Of a stretch of 64,000 bases of DNA, positions 39,352-50,805 are shown in pieces. The stretch lies in NCBI GenBank assembly GCA_963755125.1, contig CAVWIP010000015.1, forward strand, positions 64,001-128,000. The letters are read 5' to 3'. The number at the start of each line of letters is the position of its first letter. The stretch's first letter is position 1. Source of the DNA: an uncultured delta proteobacterium. Its GTDB lineage: Bacteria; Myxococcota_A; Polyangia; Fen-1088. The notes beneath the pieces are model-generated. The model did not search any database and was not told the DNA's origin. It worked only from the letters and a program-made list of their open reading frames with translations. The translations under genes were made by a program, and so were the position numbers.

Positions 39352-40685
39352 GGCCCCAACTCCAGGCCCACGGCTTCCCCTATGAGCACGACCGCCAGCC
39401 AGTAGTCGGCGAGATCGCGCAGGTAGCCTTGGGTGGTTTCTATGAGCATCCGCTGCGCGTCCAGGTATTCGAGTAGCGACGCGGCGCCTTTTTCGTACTG
39501 GACCTGGACCAGGTCGCGCGTGCGTCGCGCCCGGTCGAGCAGGCCGTTCTCGGCCCGTTCCACCCGGCGCTGGGTGGACTTGAACTGGGTCAGCGCGACG
39601 GTCACATCGTTCACGATCTGGGCCTCGGTCTTGGCAAGAAGGGTGTCCTGAATACGCAGATCGGCCTGGGCCTTCTGCACCTCGCCCTGGAAACGGTAGA
39701 AGAGGGGCGGGGTGAGCGTGAGTCCCAGCGAGACGGTGGGCGGTGAACTGACGTCGCTGCCGGCCCCTTGCCCGCTCAGATCGAGCGAGAGAGCCACGTC
39801 CGGGAAGCGTAGGCGTTTCGCTGATTGCACCGCGGTCCCCGCCCGGTCGTGTTGCAGGTGGGCTGCTGCCAGATCGGGACGCTGCTTGCGGGCCAGATCC
39901 AGCAATGACTCGACCGTGGCGCGGCCCAGTTCGGCAGGAACACGATAGCGCGGGAGATCGGCATCGACCTCGAAGTCTGGCACGCGCCCGCGCACGCCCA
40001 GCAGGAAGGCGAGCTGAAACTTGGCCTCAGCCAGGTCGAATTCAGCGCGTTCCACTTCCTGGTCAGCTTCCAGTTTCTCGGTCTCGACCTTGAGCGCGTC
40101 GACTTGCGAGATGGCGCCATGTTGAAAGCGGGCTTGATTCAGCTCCAACACGTGGCCGAGGCGGCTTTGCGACTCGAGCGTCAGATCGAGGGCATCACGC
40201 GCATATACGGCCTGCAGATACTGCTGGCGCAGCATGGATTCCAGGGTGCGCTGGGTGTCGGCGCGGCCCTGGCGCGCCACCGCCAGCGCCAGTTCCGCTG
40301 TGCGCGAGCGCAGACCCCGCTTGCCCGACAGGGTGTCGAAGAGAGCCGATTGGTCGGACACGCCCACGTCCCAGGCCAGTGCAGAGCAGCCGGGACAGGT
40401 TGCGCTGTTGAAGCCGAACGAGCGACCCACGCCGCCCGAAATGGCGGGATTGGGGATGGCTCCTGCCATCTGCGCGTCGCCGCGAACGCTATCCACCGTG
40501 GCATCCGCCACGATGAGGTCGAAGCCCCGTTCGCGGAACAGGCGCAAGGCATCGGCCATTGCCAGATGAGGTGGAAGCGAAGGCGACTCGGCCGTGGCGT
40601 CCGCCAGGCTGATAGCCGGGCCAAGCAGCACGACGGCCACAAGGGCGGCGGCGCTTCCCTTCAGGGAACGATAGAACACTGGCAT
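39348..40685 (-). CDS. TolC family outer membrane factor (CzcC-like)
   Basis: PNP, RPDL, YEKGAASLLEYLDAQR motifs; 4-bp overlap with the adaptor gene; start uncertain. Confidence 0.92.
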   Translation of the reverse strand: MPVFYRSLKGSAAALVAVVLLGPAISLADATAESPSLPPHLAMADALRLFRERGFDLIVADATVDSVRGDAQMAGAIPNPAISGGVGRSFGFNSATCPGCSALAWDVGVSDQSALFDTLSGKRGLRSRTAELALAVARQGRADTQRTLESMLRQQYLQAVYARDALDLTLESQSRLGHVLELNQARFQHGAISQVDALKVETEKLEADQEVERAEFDLAEAKFQLAFLLGVRGRVPDFEVDADLPRYRVPAELGRATVESLLDLARKQRPDLAAAHLQHDRAGTAVQSAKRLRFPDVALSLDLSGQGAGSDVSSPPTVSLGLTLTPPLFYRFQGEVQKAQADLRIQDTLLAKTEAQIVNDVTVALTQFKSTQRRVERAENGLLDRARRTRDLVQVQYEKGAASLLEYLDAQRMLIETTQGYLRDLADYWLAVVLIGEAVGLELGP

Positions 40686-40802
40686 GGGCACAGACAATGG
40701 GGGTGGGGGCGATAGCCGGAACTGCCTGTCGGGGTCGAACCCCGACCCGGCAACGTAGTGCATCTACCGCACCGACCCCGGACGTGCAACCGTGGGCGGG
40801 GG

Positions 40803-42047
40803 TTACGGAGACGGGCAAGCCGACCACGGATCCCAGGTGGACAGGAAAGGCGCGTCGTCGGAGTTGCTGATCAGCAAGGTGGTGCCGTTCTGGACCACGC
40901 GCGGTCCGGTGGAGGTCGTCAGGGCCGCCAGAACGGAGGTGGGCAGGGGGCTGTCGAGTTCGATGCGCCAGGTGACCGCGGTTTTCTCTGTCGACGGGTT
41001 GTAGTAGACGAAGATCAGGTCGTAGCGCCAGAGCAGGGAACTTGAAAGCGAGACGTCGGCGGGGATCTGCCAGCCCATGAGGTAGGCGAAGAAATAGACG
41101 GCGCCAAAACTGTCGAGGCCGTAGGGCGTGCCATCGCTCTGCTTGAATGCGGCCAGCACCGTGGGCTCACAGTCAATGTTCTTGCTCGACGGCGCCGCCA
41201 CGTTGGGGCCAAGCAGGTAATCCAGAGAGCGCTGCGGGGCCTTGCCATAGGCGTGACGGACATCCGTGTTGCCGCCCTTGTCCCAACTGTCGGACAGCCA
41301 GACGCCGCCGAGCGGGTAGACCAGCCAGGCGGCAGCGTAGAACGGCGGTCCCAGGCTGGCGAAATTGTCCTGCACGGTGGGGTCATCGGACAGGTTGTCC
41401 TGACGCCAGGCCGAGAAATACGCGAGCGGATCCCGGCTGGAGAAGGAATAGCCCGCCGGCAGGGGAACCTCATATTCGAACAAGCGCTGATAAAGCGACG
41501 CATCCCCTTCGATGATGGCCTTCTCGGCGAAGTACGCGTCGGTACTGTGCGGATGGAGGTTCAGGTTGATCTCGCGATCTTGCAGCGCATGGATCAGCTC
41601 GTGTGCGAGGTAGCTCATGTTCATGAACTGAGAGAGGGGATCCGCAGCCTGCTCGGGGTGAGAAATGACGGCTACGTCGTGTGTGGCGGGTGAATAGAAA
41701 GCCGCAGTGTTTTGTACCTGGTTGTCGATAGACGCCTGTTGCGAATCTCCGGTCGCTGGGACAAGACCCAGGAGCAACAGCGCCGCATCCCACCAGGGCT
41801 GGGGCGCTTGCTCGCTCGTCACCGCCGCCTGGTAATCGAGCTGCGCGCGGAACAGATCCTCGCTGATGGTGCGAATGGGCGGGATGCCGGCAAAGGGATC
41901 GTAGCCGTCACCGCGCAGGCGCAGATCGGCATAGTAGATGTCTTGCTGACAGTCGGACTGTGTGATGTCGCAGATCTTGAGATCCCGATCGTGGCAGCCG
42001 GCCAGCAAGGCCAGCGCGGCACATGCGAGGTACAAGATGCGCGTCAC
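40803..42047 (-). CDS. Lipoprotein with zincin HExxH motif (putative metallopeptidase)
   Basis: Lipobox LLAGC; AAFYSP, LAHELIHALQD, AIIEGDA, YPLG. Confidence 0.78.
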   Translation of the reverse strand: MTRILYLACAALALLAGCHDRDLKICDITQSDCQQDIYYADLRLRGDGYDPFAGIPPIRTISEDLFRAQLDYQAAVTSEQAPQPWWDAALLLLGLVPATGDSQQASIDNQVQNTAAFYSPATHDVAVISHPEQAADPLSQFMNMSYLAHELIHALQDREINLNLHPHSTDAYFAEKAIIEGDASLYQRLFEYEVPLPAGYSFSSRDPLAYFSAWRQDNLSDDPTVQDNFASLGPPFYAAAWLVYPLGGVWLSDSWDKGGNTDVRHAYGKAPQRSLDYLLGPNVAAPSSKNIDCEPTVLAAFKQSDGTPYGLDSFGAVYFFAYLMGWQIPADVSLSSSLLWRYDLIFVYYNPSTEKTAVTWRIELDSPLPTSVLAALTTSTGPRVVQNGTTLLISNSDDAPFLSTWDPWSACPSP

Positions 42048-43048
42048 AGATCCAGCTCCTTGCCCAGGTGGATGCCCCAGCTCTGCGTGCCACGGCCGAA
42101 CACACCCAAGGGCTCATCCAGGTTCACCAGAGCGCCAAGGAAGAATCGACCGAAGCGCGGGGCCCACTCCACCCGCAGCCCAGCCGCGGTTTGCAGTTGG
42201 TCGACGCTGGCCGAGGGGAGCAGGACGGCCTGCAGGCGGGGACAGAGCCACAGGTCGCGCACAAGCAGGAAACGCGCGCCCAGGGCGAGTTGTCCCAGAA
42301 GATCAGTGCCGCTCGCGCCGTTGCGCACACCGAACACCGGAGCCAGGGCCGCCTCGGCAGTCGCTATCACCCGAGGCGAGAAAGCGAAGGAAAGCGCAGC
42401 CGGAACCGGCAGCGCCATGCGACCGGGCGTCCAGCGCCAGTCATCCCACAGGCCCCAGGCCGCGGCGCTCTGGTCGTAGAGCGCGCGCTGATTGCGACCA
42501 TCGGGGCTGATGTTCACCGAGGCCAGCGGCGCCGTGATGCCGACGCCAGCGTACCAGTGCACGCGACCCCGCTCGCCCCGGTACCAGCCCTTTGCCCAGG
42601 GGTTGCCTGATCGTGCGAAGGCGGACCATTCGCTATCCAGCATCAGGGCGAAGCCCCAGTCGATCTCAGCCAGGACATGCGGCCTGATGCTGACCAGGCC
42701 ACGCAACACCGGGGTGCCAACCGTCAAGGACGAGTTGGTTTCCGACGAACGCGAGACGGCGAGGGTGGCTCCCGCCGAGAAACGCGGCGGCGCAGAAGGA
42801 TCTGCCACGATTCGCGCAACAGCAGAGGGGATGGGAACCGCATCCGGCCCCGCCGTGAGGGGAGGCTCCGTCCCGGCCTGCGCGGCGGGGTGCAGCTCGT
42901 CGAGAAGCGGGTAGGGGGAGGCAGGGCCTTGTGGGCCTTGAGCCTGGGCAGCGCGAGAAATCCAGAGCGCGCCCGCGACCAGCAGTGCGAAGCCCACGCG
43001 GCCCAGCCTCGGGCCCAAGCCAGACAAGGGGAATCCCATGTGGAGCAC
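42044..43048 (-). CDS. Hypothetical secreted protein, possible outer-membrane beta-barrel
   Basis: Signal peptide ending AQA, Pro-rich N-terminus, alternating hydrophobic beta-like segments rich in W/F; GTGA overlap with the next gene; start may be 43039. Confidence 0.6.
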   Translation of the reverse strand: MLHMGFPLSGLGPRLGRVGFALLVAGALWISRAAQAQGPQGPASPYPLLDELHPAAQAGTEPPLTAGPDAVPIPSAVARIVADPSAPPRFSAGATLAVSRSSETNSSLTVGTPVLRGLVSIRPHVLAEIDWGFALMLDSEWSAFARSGNPWAKGWYRGERGRVHWYAGVGITAPLASVNISPDGRNQRALYDQSAAAWGLWDDWRWTPGRMALPVPAALSFAFSPRVIATAEAALAPVFGVRNGASGTDLLGQLALGARFLLVRDLWLCPRLQAVLLPSASVDQLQTAAGLRVEWAPRFGRFFLGALVNLDEPLGVFGRGTQSWGIHLGKELDL

Positions 43049-43089
43049 GAGACTACCGCCGCCGGCATGCCTATATCAATGACGACGAG

Positions 43090-44646
43090 TCAGGTTTTGG
43101 CCGCGCGAACCAGCGGCAGCTCGAGGGCGTCCTTGAGCGCTTCGCAGCTCGCCTCGATGATGTTCTGTGAGACGCCGATGGTGCTCCAGCGGTCACTGCC
43201 CAGGCTGGATTCGACCAGGACCCGGGTTATGGCCGCGGTGGCGGATTCGGGATCGAGAATGCGCACCTTGAAGTCGCACAGATGGATCTGGCGCAGGATG
43301 GGGAAGTGCTGGTCGAGCGCCTTGTGAAAGGCGTGATCCATGGCATCGACCGGGCCCGAGCCCTCGGCCACCACGTGCGAGATCTCGTCGCCCACCTTGA
43401 GCTTGACCGTGGCCTCGACAAACATGTCGCTGCTGCTACGGCGCTGTGAGATCACCACCACGTCGAGAACTTCGAACGGCTCGCTGTAGCCCGGCTGAGT
43501 CCGCCGCAACATCAGCTCCAGTGAGCCGTCGGCTGCTTCAAATTGGTAACCTTGGTTCTCCAACTCCTTGATGCGGGCGACCAGGTCGGCCTCGTTGCCG
43601 CGCAACTCGACGCCCAGTTCCGCCGCGCGCACGCGAATGTTCCCGCGTCCGGAAAGCTCGGACACGACGATGCGGCGGTCGTTGCCCACCATTTCCGGCG
43701 GAATGTGCTCGAAGGTGACTGGCGACTTGGCCACTGCGGCGACATGGGCACCCGCCTTGTGCGCGAAGGCCGAGGCGCCCACATAGGGTGCGTGGGCGCG
43801 CGGGCGAAGATTGGCGATCTCACTGGCCGTGCGCGAGACTTCGGTAAGCCGCTCCATGTTCTCCTCGGGAATGCAACTCAGGCCCATCTTGAGCTGCAGG
43901 GCCGGGATCACGGACATGAGGTTGGCGTTTCCGCAACGCTCGCCCCAGCCGTTGATCGTACCGTGCACCATGGTGCAGCCGGCCTCCACGGCTGCCAGCG
44001 AATTGGCCACCGCCAGATCGCTGTCGTTGTGCGCGTGAATGCCCAGGGGCGCGCTCAGTGCCTTATTGGCCTCGCGGACGATTCCCGCCACGGTCGAGGG
44101 CAGGTTGCCACCGTTGGTGTCGCAGAAGACAATCCAGTCGGCGCCAGCCCGGGCAGCGGCCTGTACCGCGGCCAGGGCGTAGTCGCGATCGGCGCGAAAG
44201 CCGTCGAAGAAGTGCTCGGCATCGAAGATGACCTCGCGGCCGTTCTGTTTCAGGAACGACACGCTGTCGGCAATCATGGCCAGGTTGTCCTCGGGCGTGG
44301 TCTTGAGCACGTCGGTCACGTGCAGCAGCCAGGTCTTGCCGAAGATGGCCACCGCAGGGGTGCCGGCCTTGACCAGGGCTTGCAGGTTGGAGTCCGTCGC
44401 GGCCGTGCTGCCCGTGCGGCGCGTGCTGCCGAAGGCGGTCAGCCGGGCTTGCTTGAGCTTCAACTCGGAGGCGCGGCGAAAGAACTCCTCGTCCTTGGGG
44501 TTGGCCCCGGGATAGCCGCCCTCGATGTAGCGTACCCCGAAGCCGTCGAGCAGGCGGGCAATCTTGATCTTGTCCTCGACCGAAAGGGAAAGCCCCTCGC
44601 TCTGGGTTCCGTCCCGAAGAGTCGTGTCGAAGAGTGCGATCTGCAT
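43090..44646 (-). CDS. cimA: Citramalate synthase
   Basis: DTTLRDGTQSEG, IEGGYPGANPKD, FDAEHFFDG, GERCGNAN, GYQFEAADGS, KVRIL, WSTIGVS.NIIEAS; Geobacter-type CimA. Confidence 0.92.
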   Translation of the reverse strand: MQIALFDTTLRDGTQSEGLSLSVEDKIKIARLLDGFGVRYIEGGYPGANPKDEEFFRRASELKLKQARLTAFGSTRRTGSTAATDSNLQALVKAGTPAVAIFGKTWLLHVTDVLKTTPEDNLAMIADSVSFLKQNGREVIFDAEHFFDGFRADRDYALAAVQAAARAGADWIVFCDTNGGNLPSTVAGIVREANKALSAPLGIHAHNDSDLAVANSLAAVEAGCTMVHGTINGWGERCGNANLMSVIPALQLKMGLSCIPEENMERLTEVSRTASEIANLRPRAHAPYVGASAFAHKAGAHVAAVAKSPVTFEHIPPEMVGNDRRIVVSELSGRGNIRVRAAELGVELRGNEADLVARIKELENQGYQFEAADGSLELMLRRTQPGYSEPFEVLDVVVISQRRSSSDMFVEATVKLKVGDEISHVVAEGSGPVDAMDHAFHKALDQHFPILRQIHLCDFKVRILDPESATAAITRVLVESSLGSDRWSTIGVSQNIIEASCEALKDALELPLVRAAKT

Positions 44647-44720
44647 GACGATGTCCAGTTGATGAAACACCAGAACTTACGAGAGATCCGTCGGTGGCGC
44701 AACGACGTCAGGTTCCTGCC

Positions 44721-46055
<1,335 letters not shown>

Positions 46056-46131
46056 GTCCGCAACTTAGCACCATCGAGCGCCGATTTTCACCATGGCGCT
46101 TCGCGACTCTGGTGTAAAAAGCCATCTTCCC

Positions 46132-47568
46132 ATGACACGAAAATTGCGGTTCCCCGAGGTCTACAAGTTTGGCGGCGCGTCGCTTGCGGACGGCGCAGCC
46201 TACAAGCATGCCGCTGGCATCTCAAAAACGTGCGGCACGTCGCTGGCTGTGGTGTGCTCGGCACCGGCAGGCGTGACCGACCTGCTGCTGGCGGTGGCCG
46301 ACCATGCCCGGGCCGGCGATCGCGAGAAGACCGCGATCGCGCTGGAAGCCGTGCGCGAGAAGTACCGCGTGGTCCTGCGCCAGTTGGTCCTCGGCCAGCG
46401 GCCCAAGGCCGAACTGGCGGAGGTGGTCGACCAGTCGATGGCCGAGCTCGAGATGCTGGCCGGCGGCCTGGTGGCCTTGCGCGAGCTGACCTCGCGTACC
46501 AGCGATCTGGTGGTGTCGCGCGGCGAGCGCCTGAGCGCGGAGATCTTCTGTGCGGTGCTGCGCGCCGAGGGTGTGAAGGCCCAGGTCGTGGATGCGCTGG
46601 AAGTGGTTCACACCGACGGTCCGTTTGGCGGCGCCGCGCCCCACCTCGCGCGTACCGATGCGGCGGTGCGCGAGCGGCTGCGGCCGCTCATGTCTCGCGG
46701 CGTGGTGCCGGTGGTGCCTGGCTTTCTGGGTGCGTGGCACAAGGAGCACGGGCAGCCGCCGGCGCTCGTCACCCTGGGCCGGGGCGGCTCGGATCTCACC
46801 GCCACGCTGCTTGGCCGCGCGCTCGAGGCCAGCCGGGTAACTCTGTGGAAGGACGTTCCGGGGCTGCTCACCGCCGACCCGCGCGTGGTGCCCGACGCGC
46901 GCGTGATCCCGCAACTGCACGTGCGCGAGGCGGCAGAGCTGGCCTACTACGGCGCCAAGGTTCTGCACTCCCGCGCGCTCATCCCCGTGCAGGGCAAGCC
47001 CATCCCGGTGTACGTGCGGCCATTTGCCGAGCCTAGCGCGCCGGGCACCGAGATCTCGTCGCACCAGAGCACGGATCGTCATCCGGTCAAGGCGCTGTCG
47101 GCGGTGTCGGGTCAGGCCCTGATCACGGTGGCCGGCCGTGGCCTGCTGGGCGTGCCGGGCGTGGCTGCGCGTACCTTCGCGACCCTGTCGGCGCACGGAA
47201 TGTCGGTGTCGCTCATCACCCAGGCCTCGTCCGAGCAGTCCATCTGCTTCACGGTTCCTGAGAAGGAAGCCAAGTCAGCCAAGGAGCACCTGGACCGCGC
47301 TTTCCACGACGAGATCGCCCGTCGGGACGTGGACAGCATCCAGGTGCAGACCGGCATGACCACCATCGCGGTCGTGGGCCTGGGAATGGCGGGCATGCCG
47401 GGCATCGCGGCGCGCGTGTTCTCGGCCCTGGCTTCGCAGGAGATCAACGTGGTGGCCATCGCCCAGGGCTCATCCGAGCTGAATATTTCGCTGGTGGTGG
47501 CCTCGGCCCAGGCGACCCAGGCGCAGAAGCGGATTCACAGCGCCTTCCGGCTGTCGCGGCTGCCGTAG
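46132..47568 (+). CDS. Aspartate kinase (AAK + two ACT domains, no homoserine dehydrogenase)
   Basis: KFGGASL, GERLSA, TLGRGGSD, ELAYYGAKVLH, ITQASSE and IAQGSSE ACT motifs. Confidence 0.93.
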   Translation: MTRKLRFPEVYKFGGASLADGAAYKHAAGISKTCGTSLAVVCSAPAGVTDLLLAVADHARAGDREKTAIALEAVREKYRVVLRQLVLGQRPKAELAEVVDQSMAELEMLAGGLVALRELTSRTSDLVVSRGERLSAEIFCAVLRAEGVKAQVVDALEVVHTDGPFGGAAPHLARTDAAVRERLRPLMSRGVVPVVPGFLGAWHKEHGQPPALVTLGRGGSDLTATLLGRALEASRVTLWKDVPGLLTADPRVVPDARVIPQLHVREAAELAYYGAKVLHSRALIPVQGKPIPVYVRPFAEPSAPGTEISSHQSTDRHPVKALSAVSGQALITVAGRGLLGVPGVAARTFATLSAHGMSVSLITQASSEQSICFTVPEKEAKSAKEHLDRAFHDEIARRDVDSIQVQTGMTTIAVVGLGMAGMPGIAARVFSALASQEINVVAIAQGSSELNISLVVASAQATQAQKRIHSAFRLSRLP

Positions 47569-47582
47569 CCATTGCAAGCAAG

Positions 47583-47614
47583 AAAAAGGCTGGGCTGCCA
47601 TCGCAGCCCAGCCT
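47583..47614 (-). terminator. Intrinsic terminator (possibly bidirectional)
   Basis: Perfect 12-bp stem AGGCTGGGCTGC-catc-GCAGCCCAGCCT with a T-run on the minus strand, between convergent genes. Confidence 0.8.
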
Positions 47615-47643
47615 GAAGAACTGGGGCTAGCGGGTCATTGCGA

Positions 47644-48225
47644 TCAGGCGCCGTCGACTGCGTCGTCCATGCCACCGTCGATAATGGCATCGATCTCGGC
47701 ATCCACCTCCAACCCGTCGCTGGCAACGTCTGCGGCTACGTCAATCGTGACCGGTGCGTCTGGCCCTGCATCAGGAGTAGCGACCGGAGTATCGTGCCCA
47801 ACGTCGGGCGTGACAACCGGGCCATCGTGAGCGACAACCGGGCCATCGGGAATGACAACCGGGCCATCGTGAGTGACAACCGGGCCATCGGGGGTGACAA
47901 CCGCGCCATCAGGCGTGACAACGGCGCCGTCGGGCGTGACAGCCGGGCCATCGGGGGTGACAGCCGGGCCATCAGGCGTGGCAACGGGGCCGTCGGGAAT
48001 GACAGCCGGGCCATCGAGAGTGGCAGCCGGGAGATCAGACCCAGCATCAGGAGTGACAGCCGCTTCGGCTTTGTTTCCGCCGTCGCCAGATGTGTCCTTC
48101 TTGGCGTCACCGCAAGCGCCGCCATCGCAGGTCACCTTCGGGGTACTCGATCCGCCGCACCCGACGATCAAGGTCAGCGCACAGAAGGAAGATAGGACAG
48201 TAAATCTCTGGAACAGTCCGGTCAT
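47644..48225 (-). CDS. Acidic low-complexity lipoprotein with heptapeptide repeats
   Basis: Lipobox LIVGC, GGGAG RBS, ten DG(P/A)(V/A)(V/A)(T/I/A)(P/H) repeats. Confidence 0.8.
   Translation of the reverse strand: MTGLFQRFTVLSSFCALTLIVGCGGSSTPKVTCDGGACGDAKKDTSGDGGNKAEAAVTPDAGSDLPAATLDGPAVIPDGPVATPDGPAVTPDGPAVTPDGAVVTPDGAVVTPDGPVVTHDGPVVIPDGPVVAHDGPVVTPDVGHDTPVATPDAGPDAPVTIDVAADVASDGLEVDAEIDAIIDGGMDDAVDGA
47806..48015 (-). repeat. 10 x 21-bp coding tandem repeat
   Basis: Units resemble GGGCGTGACAACCGGGCCATC on the + strand; spacerless and in frame. Confidence 0.92.
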
Positions 48226-48450
48226 GATGGTTCTCCCGCAGGAATAGTTGTCGCTTCCACCGGCGAGCCGCTTCGATGCGGACCGCCAAGCAATGCGATC
48301 ATAATGGGGCAACCAGCCGCCGATGGGAAAAGAAAAATGAATTCGGGACTGTATGGCAAACACCGACATGAGATATGCTTGTGGGACAACCCCGGGGCGA
48401 ACCGTCGACACTCCCCTGACACCCGTGATAGGCAGGTCTCCACCTCAGCC

Positions 48451-49761
48451 ATGGCCGAAGACACGCGCAAAGTAGTCATTCTCGGCGGAGGTCTCACCGG
48501 GATCTCGGCGGCGATTCACCTAGACTGGCCTTGGATCCTGTTCGAGCGAGAAGCCAAGCTGGGCGGCCTGGCCGTCACCGAGGAGCGCGACGGATTCCAT
48601 TTCGACTTGACCGGCCACTGGCTGCACCTGCGCGATCCGGCCATCCAGCGGTTGGTGGCCGAGGTCTTGCCCGTCGAGATGGCATCGGTGCAGAGGCGCG
48701 CCCGCATCTTCTCGCACGGAGCGACCACCCTGTATCCGTTCCAGGCCAACCTGCACGGGCTGCCGCCTGAGGTGATCAAGGAATGCCTGCTGGGGGTCAT
48801 CCAGGCCAAGATGCAGCCGGCAGGCGCGCCGCCGCGGAACTTCGAGGAGTACTGTCTGCGGCACTTTGGCGCTGGCATCTCCCGGCACTTCATGATCCCC
48901 TACAACGAGAAGCTGTGGGGCGTGCATCCGCGAACCATCACCGCGGACTGGTGCTCGCGCTTCGTGCCCCTGCCCAATCTGGAACAAGTGGTGGCCGGCG
49001 CGGTGGGCGCGGACGCGGGAGGCATGGGCTACAACGTCAACTTCCTGTACCCCAAGCAGGGTGGCATCGAGAGGCTGACGCGCGCCCTGGGTGCCCGCAT
49101 CGAGGGCGGCGAGGTTCATCTGCGCAGCAGCGTGGAATCGATCGACCTGCGCAGACGCGAAGTGGTGGCGGCCGGGCAACGCGTGCCCTACCAAGCGGTG
49201 GTGTCCACCCTCCCGCTACCTGAGTTGCTGGCGCGCATATCCGATCTCCCCGACGAGATCGCAGCCCACGCCAGCCGCCTGCGTTGCACCACCCTGCGCT
49301 ACCTGAACGTGGCCACGCGCTCGCGGCCGGCCGCCGACTGGCACTGGATCTACGTGCCCGAGAAACACCTGCCTTTCTATCGCGTCGGCATCTACAGCAA
49401 CGCCGTGGCTAGCATGGCGCCGTCCGGGGCGGCGTCTCTGTACGTGGAACTGGCCGACCGCGGCCCGGTCAGCGACGCCACCCTGTCCGACGTGGCCCAG
49501 GGTTTGGCGGCCATCGGTGCCATCGTCGCGCCGGGCGACATCCGCTTCGCCGACGCGCGCGAGATCAAGTACGCCTACGTGGTGTTCGACGAGCACCACA
49601 CGGCGGCCACCACGGCCATCTTTCGTTTCCTCGAATCGCGCGCCATCTATTCGCGTGGCCGATATGGCGCGTGGACGTACAATGCGATGGAAGATTGCCT
49701 GCTCGCCGGCCGCGAAGTTGCGGCCACCATCGCAGCCGCCCCTGGGAGCAAGACACCATGA
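48451..49761 (+). CDS. FAD-dependent oxidoreductase, UDP-galactopyranose mutase/HemY-like
   Basis: GGGLTG FAD motif, [41 protein letters not shown]. Confidence 0.8.
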   Translation: MAEDTRKVVILGGGLTGISAAIHLDWPWILFEREAKLGGLAVTEERDGFHFDLTGHWLHLRDPAIQRLVAEVLPVEMASVQRRARIFSHGATTLYPFQANLHGLPPEVIKECLLGVIQAKMQPAGAPPRNFEEYCLRHFGAGISRHFMIPYNEKLWGVHPRTITADWCSRFVPLPNLEQVVAGAVGADAGGMGYNVNFLYPKQGGIERLTRALGARIEGGEVHLRSSVESIDLRRREVVAAGQRVPYQAVVSTLPLPELLARISDLPDEIAAHASRLRCTTLRYLNVATRSRPAADWHWIYVPEKHLPFYRVGIYSNAVASMAPSGAASLYVELADRGPVSDATLSDVAQGLAAIGAIVAPGDIRFADAREIKYAYVVFDEHHTAATTAIFRFLESRAIYSRGRYGAWTYNAMEDCLLAGREVAATIAAAPGSKTP

Positions 49762-50492
49762 CCACTCCGTCCCCGTCCGCTGCCAAGCCTCATGTCTCCA
49801 TCGTGATCCCGGTCTACAACGAGGAGGGGATCCTGCGCGGTTCCGTGTTGGAGTTGCGCGAGAAGTTGCGGCCCTTCGGGTTCAGCTATGAACTGATTCT
49901 CTGCGAAAACGGCTCGCGCGATCGCACGGTGGAGATGGGAAAGGAGATCGAGGCTGACTTCCCCGAGGTTCGCATGATCTCCATCGGGCAGCCCAACTAC
50001 GGCCTGGCCATGAAGACCGGTATCCTCGCGGCCCGTGGCGATTTCGTCATCTGCGACGAGATCGATCTGTGCGACACCGAGTTCTACGCGCGGGCGCTGG
50101 CCCTGCTGGAGCGGACCGACACCGATCTGGTGGTCGGTTCCAAGGCCATGGTGGGGTCGAACGACCAGCGCCCCTGGGTGCGGCGCGTGGGTACCCGCGT
50201 GTACAACGGCCTGCTGCGTGCAGTTTGCAACTACGGCGGCACCGACACGCACGGGCTCAAGGCCTTCAAGCGCGAGGTTCTGCTGGAGACGGCGGAACGC
50301 TGCGTTTTGGATCGTGACGTCTTCGCCAGTGAGTTCGTTATCCGCGCTCACCGCGAGAAGAAGAAAGTGGTGGAGATCCCGTTTGCCGTGCACGAGAAGC
50401 GACCGCCCTCGATCAACCTTCTCAAACGCGTGCCCCACGTGATCCAGAGCGTGGCCAAGCTGGCCGTGTCGGTGCGCAAGACTGAGGTGTAG
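49758..50492 (+). CDS. GT2 glycosyltransferase (polyprenol-phosphate glycosyltransferase-like)
   Basis: [42 protein letters not shown] overlap with the upstream gene. Confidence 0.9.
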   Translation: MTTPSPSAAKPHVSIVIPVYNEEGILRGSVLELREKLRPFGFSYELILCENGSRDRTVEMGKEIEADFPEVRMISIGQPNYGLAMKTGILAARGDFVICDEIDLCDTEFYARALALLERTDTDLVVGSKAMVGSNDQRPWVRRVGTRVYNGLLRAVCNYGGTDTHGLKAFKREVLLETAERCVLDRDVFASEFVIRAHREKKKVVEIPFAVHEKRPPSINLLKRVPHVIQSVAKLAVSVRKTEV

Positions 50493-50569
50493 CGCTGCCG
50501 GAGCCGGAACCGGAGACGGGGCCGGGGCATCGCAGAAAGCGGCGCTCGGCGCTGGCGGGCTGATGCCGG

Positions 50570-50805
50570 TGGCGCTCCTCGGCGGCCGCGCGCTTACGGC
50601 CGCGCTGCGCGCGTCCATGCGCCCTCGGGTGACGGGTCCCTCGGCGCCCAGCTGCGCTGGTCGCCTGGCCCCTTGGCGCTCGCTTGCAACCGAGCGCAGA
50701 CGCTCGGTGCGCTCGCTTACACGCGCAGACGCTGCCTCGGAGTCGCCCCCGGCCGCCCGCCCACGCGCCGAGCTTGCTTCTGTTCAGAAGCAGCGATTCA
50801 CACGC
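50570..50805. repeat. REP-like GC-rich structured intergenic element
   Basis: GCGCTCGCTT x2, GCGCAGACGCT x2, CCCTCGG x2, hairpin TGCTTCTG-tt-CAGAAGCA. Confidence 0.35.

Noticed and set aside
47806..48015. Regular repeats as a possible CRISPR array
   Set aside because: 21-bp units are contiguous with no unique spacers, vary mainly at codon level and lie in frame in a lipoprotein; no cas genes
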